Below are positions 9,392 to 19,736 of a stretch of 64,000 nt of DNA, piece by piece. Position 1 is the first letter of the stretch, and every line of letters begins with the position of its first letter. Origin of the DNA: Candidatus Latescibacterota bacterium (lineage in GTDB: Bacteria > Latescibacterota > UBA2968); assembly GCA_965204745.1 (NCBI GenBank), contig OZ242010.1:416001-480000 (forward strand), written 5' to 3'. The position numbers and the translations under genes are program-made. A model generated the notes under the pieces. That model did not search any database, had not been told where the DNA came from, and saw only the letters and a list, made by a program, of their open reading frames with translations.

Positions 9392-10339
9392 ATGCAACCC
9401 GTCAAACTCCTGTTCATCTTCGCAATCGCCTTGTGCATCGGATGCGCCGCGCCGCAGACGGATAAATTTCTCAGCGTGGGCACCGCGCCGCCCGGGGGGG
9501 CGTTTTTTGTGGTGGGGGGCGCGATAGCGCAGGTGGTCAATGATCACGCGGCGTGGGAGGTCTCTGCCGAAGCCACCAAAGGCACGCAGGAAAATATCCG
9601 CCGCCTCTCGAGTGGGGAACTGGATTTTGCCTTGGCCAATGCCGCCATCTCCTATTTTGCCATGCGCGGAGAAGGCGCGTGGGAGCAGAAACAGGACATC
9701 GACGCGGTCATGACCTTGGCGCCCAATGTAGCTCTGTTCATCGCGCCGCAAAGCGCGGGCGTCAAAACATTGCGCGACCTCAAAGGCAAGCGCGTGGTGG
9801 TGGGGCCGGCCGGCGCGGGATTTGAATACTTTCTCAAACCCATCCTCAACGCGCACGACGTCACGTACGACGACTTTACCCCGCTCTACAACACGCAGGC
9901 CGGTAGCGTTGACATGCTCGCGGATGGCGCCGCGGCCGCGGCATTCTTAGGCGGTGCAGTGCCCACCGCGTCCATCACCCAAGCCTGTGCGTCTCAAGAC
10001 ATCTATTTCATCCCCTACGACGAACAGGCCAAACAACGCCTCTTTGAAACCTATCCCTTCTTCTTTGCCGCCACGATCCCTGCGGACACGTACCGCGGGC
10101 AAACCCGAACTTATGCGGGCATGAACGTCGGCTCCATGCACCTCATCACGCGCAAAAGCCTGAGCGAAGACACGGTGTACGCGTTCACCAAAACCCTGTA
10201 CGAACACCGCGCAGAAGTCGCAAAAAAACACCCGGCCGGCAAAGCCATCAATCCCAAAAACATCATTCGAGACACGGGCACGCCCTTTCATCCGGGTGCA
10301 ATCAAATACTTCAAAGAAATTGGCATCTGGCCGAATTAG
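9392..10339 (+). CDS. TAXI-family TRAP substrate-binding lipoprotein
   Basis: Lipobox CIGC, GTAPPGG, TKGTQENI, C-terminal PFHPGAIKYFKE. Confidence 0.9.
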   Translation: MQPVKLLFIFAIALCIGCAAPQTDKFLSVGTAPPGGAFFVVGGAIAQVVNDHAAWEVSAEATKGTQENIRRLSSGELDFALANAAISYFAMRGEGAWEQKQDIDAVMTLAPNVALFIAPQSAGVKTLRDLKGKRVVVGPAGAGFEYFLKPILNAHDVTYDDFTPLYNTQAGSVDMLADGAAAAAFLGGAVPTASITQACASQDIYFIPYDEQAKQRLFETYPFFFAATIPADTYRGQTRTYAGMNVGSMHLITRKSLSEDTVYAFTKTLYEHRAEVAKKHPAGKAINPKNIIRDTGTPFHPGAIKYFKEIGIWPN

Positions 10340-10356
10340 TGGCAAGGAGAAATGCT

Positions 10357-10938
10357 ATGGAAACCAAGCAGGTCGTTCTTAGCGTGAATAACATTTCTTT
10401 TCGTGTATGGTGTTGTCTCTTGCTGGTATTTGTTTTTTCAAATGCAACTGGGGCCGAGCAACACGCGGTTCAGAAGCAGGCTGAAGAAACCGATAAACGA
10501 ATTTTAGAGCAACTGGCCTTAATCCGCCAAGATATAACCAATATGGACAAACGGCTCGATCAGATGGACAAACGGCTTGACCAAATGGACAGCCGGCTCA
10601 ACCAGATGGACAAACGGCTCGACCAAATGGATAGTCGGCTCAACCAAATGGACAGCCGGATCGACCAAATGGATAGTCGGATCGAGCAATTGGACAAGCA
10701 GTTCTGGGAATTGAAATCGGATATCAGACAGCAACATTCGGACATAAACAATTGGCTTATTGCGGTATGTGGTGGCTTTATCACCCTTTTGCTCGGCATA
10801 CTTGGCTTGGCAGGCATTTTTATCACGCATGCTTTGGGCTATTGGGGGCCGAACAAATTGGCGAATAAAACGGGCATTCGCGGTCATGGGTTTGTCGAAC
10901 AACAACGCCGAGAAGTGGAGACGGCCCAAGAGGTTTGA
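10357..10938 (+). CDS. Membrane protein with heptad coiled-coil repeats, inserted in the TRAP operon
   Basis: About seven D(K/S)R(L/I)(D/N)QM units encoded by 21-bp repeats; N- and C-terminal hydrophobic segments; SD AAGGAG. Confidence 0.75.
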   Translation: METKQVVLSVNNISFRVWCCLLLVFVFSNATGAEQHAVQKQAEETDKRILEQLALIRQDITNMDKRLDQMDKRLDQMDSRLNQMDKRLDQMDSRLNQMDSRIDQMDSRIEQLDKQFWELKSDIRQQHSDINNWLIAVCGGFITLLLGILGLAGIFITHALGYWGPNKLANKTGIRGHGFVEQQRREVETAQEV

Positions 10939-11234
10939 CGCGCAGGAGATGAATAGATGAATCCTAAAATCAGTGGTCGGTCCCCGCGCCCTGTCCATAA
11001 GCCCCGAGCAATCAGCGGTCAGCTAGCCGCAAAACATACGGCTAATTAAAATCTGTGATCAGCCTCCCATCGGTTTCCCTTTCGCGCATTTCGTCGTTGT
11101 CACCTCGTCCAGCCAGCCATTCGCAATTCGTCTGTACCCCATTCCATCGATTCGCCGATTCGGACAGGCACGGGGTCTGTCTCTGCGATGAACTATCGCA
11201 GTTGTACCCCGCTCCGTCGATTCGCCCATTCACC

Positions 11235-13139
11235 ATGACGCGCCTCCACGCCCTCCTCTTTCGCATCCTCGCCATTCTGCTCGGGCTGTTCATTCTGATA
11301 GAAGTCAACCATCCCCAACTCGCGCCGCAAGCGCAACTCGCGGTCTTCGCGTTGCTCGGTCTGAGCCTCGTGTTTCTCAAATATCCCATCCATCCAAAAA
11401 AATCCCTTCCCAGCCTCGATCTCATTTTCGCGCTCGCAGTCGTCTTTTGCTTTGGGTACGTCCTCACGCAGACCGATGCGCGGTTTCAATTTTTCTGGCT
11501 CAACGGGCAATCATTGGGCAATCGCGCGGGCCTCGAACACGCGCTCGACCACATCGTCGGCCTCATCGGCCTGATCCTGGTCCTCGAAGCCACGCGCCGC
11601 GCCATCGGCCTCATCCTGCCCTTGCTCGCGCTCGCCTTCTCGCTCTACGCCATGTTTGGCTATGCCCTGCCCGACTGGCTCTTTCCGCATCGCGGGTACG
11701 ACTGGGAGCGCGTTGTCTCGCAGACCTATTTGCACGTGCAAGGTGTCTTTGGCATCGCCCTCAAGGTCATGTTCACGTACGTCTTTCTCTTCGTGCTCTT
11801 TGGCACAGTGCTCGAACAAACCGGCGCCACGGGCTACATCTTAAACGCGGCCCGCCGCATGTTTCGCAACAGCACGGGGGGGCCTGCCAAAGTCGCGGTC
11901 ATCTCGTCCGGCATGATGGGATCCCTCTCGGGTAGCGCGGTCGCCAACACCGCCACCACCGGCACCTTTACCATCCCGCTGATGCGCGCCATTGGATTTC
12001 GGCCCGCAGTTGCCGGCGGCATCGAAGCCGCAGCGAGTTCGGGCGGCGCGCTCGTTCCTCCGATCATGGGCGCGGGCGCGTACATGATGCTCGAAATCGT
12101 CACCCCCGCGGTCACCTATTTGGAAATCATCAAAGCCGCCCTAGTGCCCGCCATCCTCTATTACACGGCCTTGCTGCTCATCGTCCACTTCCACGCTAAG
12201 CAAGTGCTGACAGGGGGGCAGTCAGAGCGCGCAACCGAACAACCCCCTGCGGAACGCCCGCCCAAAATGCAGGGCATCGTCTTCCTCGTCGCGTTCCTCA
12301 CCCTCATCGCATTCCTCATTTTGGGGTACACGCCCTTTCGCGCGGTCAGCATCGCCTTGCTCTTCGCGCTCATCGCCAGTGCGGTTCACCCCACGACGCG
12401 CGTTGGCCCGCACGCCTTGATCCGCGCATTAGAAGGCGCGGCGCACAGCGGCGTTTCGCTCATCGCAGCGGCGTCTTGCGTGGGCATCATCATCGGCGTG
12501 GTCACGCTCACCGGCGTCGGCGCGAAATTGCCGAGCACCTTATTGCCCTTGGCGGAAAACAACATCATCCTCGCCCTCCTCCTCCTCATGGTCTCCACCA
12601 TCATCTTGGGCATGGGCCTGCCCTCGGCGGTCTGCTATTTGCTGATGGCAACGCTGGTCGGCCCGGTCTTGAGCGACCTCGGCATCGCGCCCTTGGGCGC
12701 GCATTTCTTCATCTTTTACTTCGGGATGATGTCGATGGTCACGCCCCCTATCGCGCTCGCCGCGTACACCGCCGCGGCCATTGCCAACGCGGGCATTATG
12801 CAAACCGGGGTCACGGCCTTCCGCTTTGCCCTAGTGGGCTTTGCCCTGCCCTACGCCTTTGTGCTACATCCCGAACTCTTGTTGCTCTCGGCTGACCTCT
12901 TTGCCACGGTTGGGAACATCCTCATCGTCCTGATCGGCATCGTTCCCTTGGCCGCGGCCGCGGCCGGGCATGGATTCGCGCCTCTGCCCACCCATCAGCG
13001 CGTCCTCTTGCTCGTTGCGGCCCTGCTCCTCTTCCTCGTCCCCTCCGGCAATGCCCGTCTCTATTTGCAAGGCGCCGCGCTTCTCGTCGCCGGAATCGTC
13101 GCGGTTGCAAACTATGGGGCCGCCCGTTCTCACGCCTGA
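11235..13139 (+). CDS. TRAP fused 4TM/12TM permease
   Basis: GGPAKVAV, SGSAVAN, TGTFTIPLM and TPPIALAAY motifs. Confidence 0.9.
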   Translation: MTRLHALLFRILAILLGLFILIEVNHPQLAPQAQLAVFALLGLSLVFLKYPIHPKKSLPSLDLIFALAVVFCFGYVLTQTDARFQFFWLNGQSLGNRAGLEHALDHIVGLIGLILVLEATRRAIGLILPLLALAFSLYAMFGYALPDWLFPHRGYDWERVVSQTYLHVQGVFGIALKVMFTYVFLFVLFGTVLEQTGATGYILNAARRMFRNSTGGPAKVAVISSGMMGSLSGSAVANTATTGTFTIPLMRAIGFRPAVAGGIEAAASSGGALVPPIMGAGAYMMLEIVTPAVTYLEIIKAALVPAILYYTALLLIVHFHAKQVLTGGQSERATEQPPAERPPKMQGIVFLVAFLTLIAFLILGYTPFRAVSIALLFALIASAVHPTTRVGPHALIRALEGAAHSGVSLIAAASCVGIIIGVVTLTGVGAKLPSTLLPLAENNIILALLLLMVSTIILGMGLPSAVCYLLMATLVGPVLSDLGIAPLGAHFFIFYFGMMSMVTPPIALAAYTAAAIANAGIMQTGVTAFRFALVGFALPYAFVLHPELLLLSADLFATVGNILIVLIGIVPLAAAAAGHGFAPLPTHQRVLLLVAALLLFLVPSGNARLYLQGAALLVAGIVAVANYGAARSHA

Positions 13140-13381
13140 ATGGTCAGCGCGTCTGACCCGGCCGACAGCGCGAGCACCGCACGTTCATCCGCGGACAAAT
13201 CGATCTCCGCAGTCGCATCCCCCACCGAAAGCGCGATTCGCCCATCCGATACGGCCAGCGAAAAATCGGGCGCGCGCTCATTCGGCCCTTGCACGGCACA
13301 CACCGCGGCAATGCGACACCGCGCGACCTTCTCGGTCTCGAGGTGCCGTTCATTCAATGCGATGGGATCGAGGTTTGGCAT
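13130..13381 (-). CDS. Small hypothetical protein, possibly a chimeric gene remnant
   Basis: SD GAGGTG before the ATG; no recognised family. Confidence 0.35.
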   Translation of the reverse strand: MPNLDPIALNERHLETEKVARCRIAAVCAVQGPNERAPDFSLAVSDGRIALSVGDATAEIDLSADERAVLALSAGSDALTIQA

Positions 13382-13414
13382 GGGATGAACACCTCTTGAT
13401 ACACAACTCCTGCC

Positions 13415-14068
13415 TTACGAGGCGAGTTCTCGAATCTTTTTCCGAAAGTAGCGAAAACTGGGCGATGCGTTGTTATTGACATTCATCTGTGGCGCGATTT
13501 TCTCTGCCCACGCTGATTTTTCTTTGCCTATGGCCTGCCATCCCTGGTTTTTAAGCGCGGTTGATCCCCCGACAAATACCGCGTCAGCCAGCAGTTCCCA
13601 TGTGTTGCAAATCGAGTCGTTTTGGTAATGGTTCAATACACCGTTCTTGGCTTGGGGATACGCTTTCTTAATCGCGGGGATGTCGCCGAGCAACCATGCC
13701 TCGCCTTCTTCTATGGCAATGCAAAATCGGGTTTCTGGCTTGGGGTTGCACGCATTCAAGATGGCGAAGAGTTCGTTGCGAAATGTTTTCAAACACTTGT
13801 CGTCCAAGTCGCAAACCAAAATCACCGCTACCGGGTAACTGGCGGGGTAGTTGGCAAATGTTCTCCCATATCCTCTCAATAACTTGAGGAGTTGATCAAG
13901 CAAAAGACGCTTGCTCGCATCCGTTCTACTTTTGAGATTTTTTGGAATGCGACCAATGCCTCGGTAAGGGATACTCCGAAATGTATGTTGATTGCAGATG
14001 ATCTTCGGCACCAAGATGTCGAGGGCCTTTTTGCCTGACTGATCTTCGACGAGTATCTCAAAGTGCAT
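13415..14068 (-). CDS. DUF4276-family (TOPRIM-like) protein
   Basis: ILVEDQS, LVCDLDD and EEGEAWLLGD motifs; ends SPSFRYF; directly follows an AAA ATPase. Confidence 0.8.
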   Translation of the reverse strand: MHFEILVEDQSGKKALDILVPKIICNQHTFRSIPYRGIGRIPKNLKSRTDASKRLLLDQLLKLLRGYGRTFANYPASYPVAVILVCDLDDKCLKTFRNELFAILNACNPKPETRFCIAIEEGEAWLLGDIPAIKKAYPQAKNGVLNHYQNDSICNTWELLADAVFVGGSTALKNQGWQAIGKEKSAWAEKIAPQMNVNNNASPSFRYFRKKIRELAS

Positions 14069-14072
14069 CTCA

Positions 14073-15344
14073 TCACCTCGCGTCGAGATAATCACTGTAC
14101 CAGAGACCGCCCAACGGCAACCCTTCCTCAACCATGTTGTTCACAATGGGGTCTTCGCTCGCCCGCCGGACGGTCGAAAAGCCATCCGCGCCCTTTTCCA
14201 AAATCCAGACTTCTTTTGGTTCTAAGGCATCGACGAGGTAAGGCTGGTGTGTGGTCATAAAAATTTGCGAGCCGCCCCGGCGGTTGGCGTGTTCTCGAAA
14301 TTCGTCAGCGAGGATTTCCAAGAGTTTGTGATACAGGCCATTTTCCGGTTCCTCAATGCAGAGAAACGCGGGCGGTGTCGGGTCTTCGAGCAACAAGAGA
14401 TAGGCGAATACCTTGAGCGTCCCGTCTGATACCTGCTGTGCGTAAAAGGGTGCCTGAAAGCCTTTGTCATTGAATCTGAGCAACAGCCGCCCATCGCTGG
14501 TTTTTTCCGTGTCGATTTGGTCTATGCCCGGAATTTTATCGGCGATCTGTTTTAGAATCCCTTGGAAACGCCGGGGATGTTCGCGCTCCATGAATTGCAC
14601 GACATTGCCGATGTTGTCGCCGTGGACATTGAGGCGTTGCTGGGGGCCGGCCAACGGCAGGCTACGCGCCGCGTCCGGGGTGAAGTAGCTGAGATACCAT
14701 CCCTCGATGAAGCGGCGAAAAGCAGCAATGCGCGGGTGTTGTTTCAAGGCGCCAAGCGTGGCAATGCCGAACTTGCGGCGATCTTCCAACTCAATACTCT
14801 CCGTCTCGTTGGGTTCCTCTGCTGTGATTTTTTTCCAGAGAAGGTCAAAGTCTAGGGTTTCTTCATCAATCTGACGCCCTTCTCGTTCTCCCTTCCATAC
14901 CACGCCGCTACCATTATTGAGCATTAAAAACGAAAATGGCTGACCATATTTCTGGCCTTTTCGCCTTTGTCTGAGGCGTTCTCGTAGCACGTAAGGACGT
15001 CCGAATTTATCCGCATCAATGGCGACCTCGTAGGTCATGGGCCTGGCGTTTCCGTGCTCTCTATAATACACCGCAAACTCGATAGGGCCCGTTTGTCCTT
15101 GGGTCCGTATTTTTTCAAAGCCGCCGCGGCCTCGTGTGTCGCAGGCCTCCTCCACGCCGGATTTGAGGGCGTCTGCGAGAAACCCGAACGCATCGAACAG
15201 GGCACTTTTTCCGGTGCCGTTTTTGCCGATGATCGCTGTCATGGGAGTGAGTGATTTGTCTTTGTGTTGGTTCCAAAGACGGCCCAATATCACATCCTCG
15301 AGCGACTTGAAATTTTTGACTTTGAAGCCTTCTATTTTCGCCAT
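14073..15344 (-). CDS. AAA_21 ABC-type ATPase (defence-associated)
   Basis: NFKSL, Walker A GKNGTGKS, signature VSDGT, Walker B IEEPENGL, TTHQP. Confidence 0.9.
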   Translation of the reverse strand: MAKIEGFKVKNFKSLEDVILGRLWNQHKDKSLTPMTAIIGKNGTGKSALFDAFGFLADALKSGVEEACDTRGRGGFEKIRTQGQTGPIEFAVYYREHGNARPMTYEVAIDADKFGRPYVLRERLRQRRKGQKYGQPFSFLMLNNGSGVVWKGEREGRQIDEETLDFDLLWKKITAEEPNETESIELEDRRKFGIATLGALKQHPRIAAFRRFIEGWYLSYFTPDAARSLPLAGPQQRLNVHGDNIGNVVQFMEREHPRRFQGILKQIADKIPGIDQIDTEKTSDGRLLLRFNDKGFQAPFYAQQVSDGTLKVFAYLLLLEDPTPPAFLCIEEPENGLYHKLLEILADEFREHANRRGGSQIFMTTHQPYLVDALEPKEVWILEKGADGFSTVRRASEDPIVNNMVEEGLPLGGLWYSDYLDAR

Positions 15345-15400
15345 CTTATGCTTCCTTGCTGGATGGGAGGTAGGATACGGACAACCTAAAATCAAATTGG

Positions 15401-15508
15401 TTAGATTCTGTTGACATTTTGTTTTTGCATAAGCACGCACGACAGTGCTGTCAATGATCAGACATGCCAAGTCTGGATCAGACGTAAAATGCTGGTGCAT
15501 GCGTTCCC
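15401..15508 (-). mobile_element. Internally deleted IS5-family remnant
   Basis: Translates ERMHQHFTSDPDLACLIIDSTVVRA (IS5 DST motif) joined directly to the terminal repeat AAATGTCAACAGAATCTA. Confidence 0.7.
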
Positions 15509-15627
15509 CGGATTTGGGATGCCCGCCCGGGCCATAGCCTGCGGTGGATTGCGATTCGCGGGCGAGCAGGATAAATATATCGGCTATGATATCGGTTATG
15601 CCAGCGTCTGTCAAGTCAAAATGATAG

Positions 15628-15718
15628 AAGCCATCAAAGGAACTTTTCCCCCTTCCTCGCAGGCACAGGCGTAGCCTACAACGAAGCGTAGCGAGTAACG
15701 GGGGTTAGGGGGGTAGGT
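15628..15718. repeat. Right half of a family A element
   Basis: AAGCCATCAAAGGA...CCTTCCTCGCAGG[insert]GGGGGTTAGGGGGGTAGG. Confidence 0.7.
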
Positions 15719-15846
15719 TAGAATAAAAAGACAAGTACGTAATGGATTCAACGCTTAATTCGCATTATCGAATGAGATTCATCGCCTGTACTGCCGGATT
15801 AGTGAAGTTGTTCATGATGGTTCCTCGCTTTCAGGTTTAGCCATGT

Positions 15847-16494
15847 TCATCCGCTTCCCTCCGCCAAATTCAACGCCAGCAATTCGCGGAGTGCGGCATC
15901 GTCAGATATGTCGGCGGGCCAACCGTAGGCGGCGGCGACAGCAGTATCGAGCGCGGCGTGGGCGTTGGCGAGCCATTGGGGGCGTTCATTGTAGAGGTTG
16001 GTCAAGGTGCGCGCTTTGAGTTCGTCGGCTACCGCTTCATTGCTTGGAACCGGGCGTTTGGGATAGCCAGCGACCGGTTCATCTACCCACGCCACCCGTT
16101 CGGGCGGGTTGAGCCAGTGATCGCGGAATTCGACGAGCCGCCGTGCGGCCTCGGCAATGGCGATGGCATGCGGATTGTCCGCGTAATCAGCGGCGGGAAT
16201 GTCGGGCGTCAATCCTTCCGGAAATGGGAATGTCGCAAAGGTCGTGGTCGGCGTGTAGCGCGGCGTCACGCCGAGACTCGTTCCAAGCCGCAATGACCAC
16301 ATCTCGTGAAACCTGCTGTGCAAAATGCCGAAGGTCGTGTCGTCGTCGCGGGCAATAGCGATTAGGGCACTATCGGGACAAACGCGGGCGTCGAGCCAGA
16401 CGAACAGCCGATGCTTGGCGACACGAGTCGTGGCGATGTAGCGCGGCAGAACGCTCCTTGAGTTCAGAAGCCCGCCACTTGGCGATAAACGCAT
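15847..16494 (-). pseudogene. Target-recognition/C-terminal fragment of an MmeI-like type IIG/IIL RM enzyme
   Basis: RYIATTRVAKHRLFVW, FGILHSRFHEMWSLR, PRYTPTTTFATFPFP, RTLTNLYN, AAYGW; nuclease and MTase domains absent. Confidence 0.8.
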
Positions 16495-16616
16495 CTGGAG
16501 TCATGGTTTGATTCATGGTTATACCAATCTGAAGGCGATTACTTTTTTTTATCGCTGACCGCGGATTGCGAGGACAGGCACGGGGGCCTATCCCTACGAT
16601 GCCTTTCGCAGGTTGC

Positions 16617-17777
16617 CTACAACCACAACGCGTTGCCCTCGGGCAGATGTCTCAAAATCTCTGCCTCGTCCAAGTCAATGCCCAGGCCAGGCCCTTCTGG
16701 CACCGCGATGTACCCGTCTTGAATGGGATTTTTGATCGTCAGCATAGACGACCACAGCGGGATATTGGCCGAGTGGTATTCCAGCGCCAGAAAATTGGGA
16801 ACCGTGGAACAAATATGAACCGCGGCCATCCCTGCGACCGCGCTCGCCATGTAGTGCGGCGCGATAGACATGTGATACATGTCGGCCAACTCGGCGATGC
16901 GCCGCATCTCAATGGCCCCGCCACTGCGCGGAATATCCGGTTCGAGCAAATCGCACGCGCCCTTTTCCATCAGTTCCCGAAACAATTTCGCGCCGTGAAA
17001 AATCTCGCCCGTGCAAATCGGCGTCTCGGTCTGCATGCAAATTTTTGCCAGCGCATCCACATTGCCCCACTCCCACCGGATCGGGTCTTCCAACCACAGC
17101 AAGTCCAGATGCTCCACATCCTTGCAAATCCGCAGGCCATCGACCATGTTAAACGACCCGTGTAGATCGATTGCCAACTCAATGTACGGCCCAACCGCAT
17201 CGCGCAACGCTTCTATCGTAGTGACGATATGCTCGTGTTGCCGGCGGCTCATGGTGGGGTCGTACACGTCCATCTTCCAGGGATTGGGCACATCCAAATC
17301 GAACTTCAACGCCGTGAACCCGGCCGCGACCCGCTCCTTTGCCCGCGCCACGTACGCCGACGTCTCGTACACCGGATCTAATTCCCCAGACGCGCGCACC
17401 TCGGCCCAGCGCCGGTCGTAATCCGCTTTGGTCCAATACGCGCCGGAATGGCAATCGCAATACATCCGCACTTTATCGCGCAACTTCCCGCCGAGCAAAT
17501 CGCACATCGGCACGCCCAATGCCTTGCCCTTGATATCCCACAACGCGATCTCCACACCCGCGCCCGCGCCGTGCATGCGCCACAGGTGATCGCGGTGCAA
17601 TTTGTTCACATTGGTCGGATCCTCCCCGATCAACACGCGCTTTAACCCGTCAATCGACAGCCCACCCATGCACTCGCCCAAGCCCTCAATCCCCTCATCC
17701 GTGCTGATTTTCAACAACGCCCAATGCCGACACGCGGCGCCGAGGGACGGGGTTTTTTGTATGTCTGTGATTTTCAT
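16617..17777 (-). CDS. Mandelate racemase/muconate lactonising family dehydratase
   Basis: EIALWDIKGK, KFD, IDLH, WLEDP, TGE motifs. Confidence 0.9.
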   Translation of the reverse strand: MKITDIQKTPSLGAACRHWALLKISTDEGIEGLGECMGGLSIDGLKRVLIGEDPTNVNKLHRDHLWRMHGAGAGVEIALWDIKGKALGVPMCDLLGGKLRDKVRMYCDCHSGAYWTKADYDRRWAEVRASGELDPVYETSAYVARAKERVAAGFTALKFDLDVPNPWKMDVYDPTMSRRQHEHIVTTIEALRDAVGPYIELAIDLHGSFNMVDGLRICKDVEHLDLLWLEDPIRWEWGNVDALAKICMQTETPICTGEIFHGAKLFRELMEKGACDLLEPDIPRSGGAIEMRRIAELADMYHMSIAPHYMASAVAGMAAVHICSTVPNFLALEYHSANIPLWSSMLTIKNPIQDGYIAVPEGPGLGIDLDEAEILRHLPEGNALWL

Positions 17778-18034
17778 GCGTTCTCCTGTTGAAATGGTGG
17801 TCAGTTGTCTGGATCGCGGATTAAATGGATTACGCGGATTGCGCGGATTACCCCCCGCGCCGCCGCCCAAGTGCGTCCCAACCGCGCCCCCAACCGCCCG
17901 TGCGTGCCCTACCTCGCCCTGCCGTGTGCGTTTTGCCTGTCATCTGTGTTCTTAGGCGAAGCGGACGTTTTCCCGTCTCACCTCTCCCGTCTTCCCTCTT
18001 ACCAAAGGGGATGGGGCGGACTGACCACATTCTT

Positions 18035-18808
18035 CTACGTCCGCCACCTGCGCGATTCGAGCACGGTGTGCGTCACAAAAAGAAAAAACGCTACGGCGCT
18101 GACAAAAAACACCACGTCGTGCGTATCCACCACGCCGCGGATCATGTCGCGGGTGTGTTCTAGCAGGGAAAGAAATTTCAAAATCACAAAAAACAAATCG
18201 TCCGAAAAACGCGCGGCCCAGTCGATAATCCACAACAAAATGAGCAGAAAAAACGACAGCACCGCGGCGATGATCTGATTCTCGGTCAAAGACGACGCCA
18301 AAATGCCCACGCTGATAAAGGTCGCGCCGAGCAACACCACGGCCAGCGCGCCGGAGAAAATCGGCCCCCAATCCAATTGCGCGTGGGTCGCCAACACGCC
18401 GATATAGCCGAACGCCATCAATTCGATCAGCAAGTACAAAGCATAGCACGCGAGGAACTTGCCCATGAGAATTTGCCCGGACGTAATCGGCGAGGTCATC
18501 AACAACTCGTAAGTACCCCCGCGTTTTTCCTCGGCGTAGAGACGCATCGTCAGCATCGGGATCACGATCATCCAGATAAAGGTCTGAAATTCAAAAAACG
18601 GCTCGACGACATCGGTATTGACATTCAGTTGAATTTTCTCCTCGCGCTCGGCCAATTGCAAAAAAACGCTCATATCGTGAAATTCGAGCACCTGATTGCG
18701 GAACACAAACCCGCTAAACAGCAAGAACACGCCGGCCATCACATAAGCGATGGGCGAGCCGAAATACGACCGCATCTCTTTGCCAAAAATCGCCATCACC
18801 TGGCCCAT
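18035..18808 (-). CDS. ABC-2 type permease (GldF-like)
   Basis: KEMRSYFGSPIAY, TMRLYAEEKRGGTYELL. Confidence 0.9.
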   Translation of the reverse strand: MGQVMAIFGKEMRSYFGSPIAYVMAGVFLLFSGFVFRNQVLEFHDMSVFLQLAEREEKIQLNVNTDVVEPFFEFQTFIWMIVIPMLTMRLYAEEKRGGTYELLMTSPITSGQILMGKFLACYALYLLIELMAFGYIGVLATHAQLDWGPIFSGALAVVLLGATFISVGILASSLTENQIIAAVLSFFLLILLWIIDWAARFSDDLFFVILKFLSLLEHTRDMIRGVVDTHDVVFFVSAVAFFLFVTHTVLESRRWRT

Positions 18809-19734
18809 CACATCTCCTCCTCTCGCGTGGTCAGCGCGTGAAAAATTTCTTCCAACGACATGGCTTCTCGCCGCATTTCCACCAATCCCATGCCCAAGGC
18901 GACAATGCAAGCCGAGACCTCGGTGCTCAAATTCGCCTCTGCCGGCCAAGTGACCGCCAGGCCATCGCTTGCCCGCGTCACCTCGCCGATTCCCGCAATC
19001 CCGGCAATCGCTTGGGCCGCGACATCCACATCGCCCGATACGCGAACGAAAAACCGCGCTGTGCCGCGCATCTCTGCCGTGAGATTTTCCGGGGTATCCA
19101 CCGCGACAATTTTGCCCTCGTGAATGATGATCACGCGATTGCAGGTCATTTCGACTTCGGGCAAGATATGCGTGCTCAAAATCACCGTGCGCTCATGCGC
19201 GAGTTCGCGGATCAACTGCCGCACCTCGATGATCTGATTGGGATCGAGGCCCGAGGTCGGCTCGTCCATAATAATCACCTCGGGATCGTGCAAAATCGCC
19301 TGTGCGAGCCCCACGCGCTGCCGGTATCCCTTGGACAACTGGCCGATGAGTTGATGCGCGCGATCCACGAGGCCGCACTGCGCGATCACCGCATCGATCC
19401 GCTGCTCGGCGTCTCTCGGCGCGACCCCCTTGATCTTGGCGATGAATTTGAGATAGGCATGCACGCGCATATCCCGATACAGGGGTGGCAACTCGGGCAA
19501 ATAGCCAATGCGCCGCTTGACCTCGAGTGGATTTTCAAAAATATCGTACCCGCCAATGCGGGCCGTGCCCTCTGTTGCGGGCAAAAAACAGGTCAGCACG
19601 CGCATGGTCGTGGTTTTGCCCGCGCCATTTGGCCCCAAAAAACCGACAATTTCGCCCTTGCCCACCTCAAACGAAATGTCATCCACGGCCGTAATCGCGC
19701 CGTATCGCTTGGTCAAATGATCGACTTCTATCAT
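18808..19734 (-). CDS. ABC transporter ATP-binding protein (GldA-like)
   Basis: GPNGAGKTT, LSKGYRQR, MDEPT. Confidence 0.92.
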   Translation of the reverse strand: MIEVDHLTKRYGAITAVDDISFEVGKGEIVGFLGPNGAGKTTTMRVLTCFLPATEGTARIGGYDIFENPLEVKRRIGYLPELPPLYRDMRVHAYLKFIAKIKGVAPRDAEQRIDAVIAQCGLVDRAHQLIGQLSKGYRQRVGLAQAILHDPEVIIMDEPTSGLDPNQIIEVRQLIRELAHERTVILSTHILPEVEMTCNRVIIIHEGKIVAVDTPENLTAEMRGTARFFVRVSGDVDVAAQAIAGIAGIGEVTRASDGLAVTWPAEANLSTEVSACIVALGMGLVEMRREAMSLEEIFHALTTREEEM

Positions 19735-19736
19735 GG

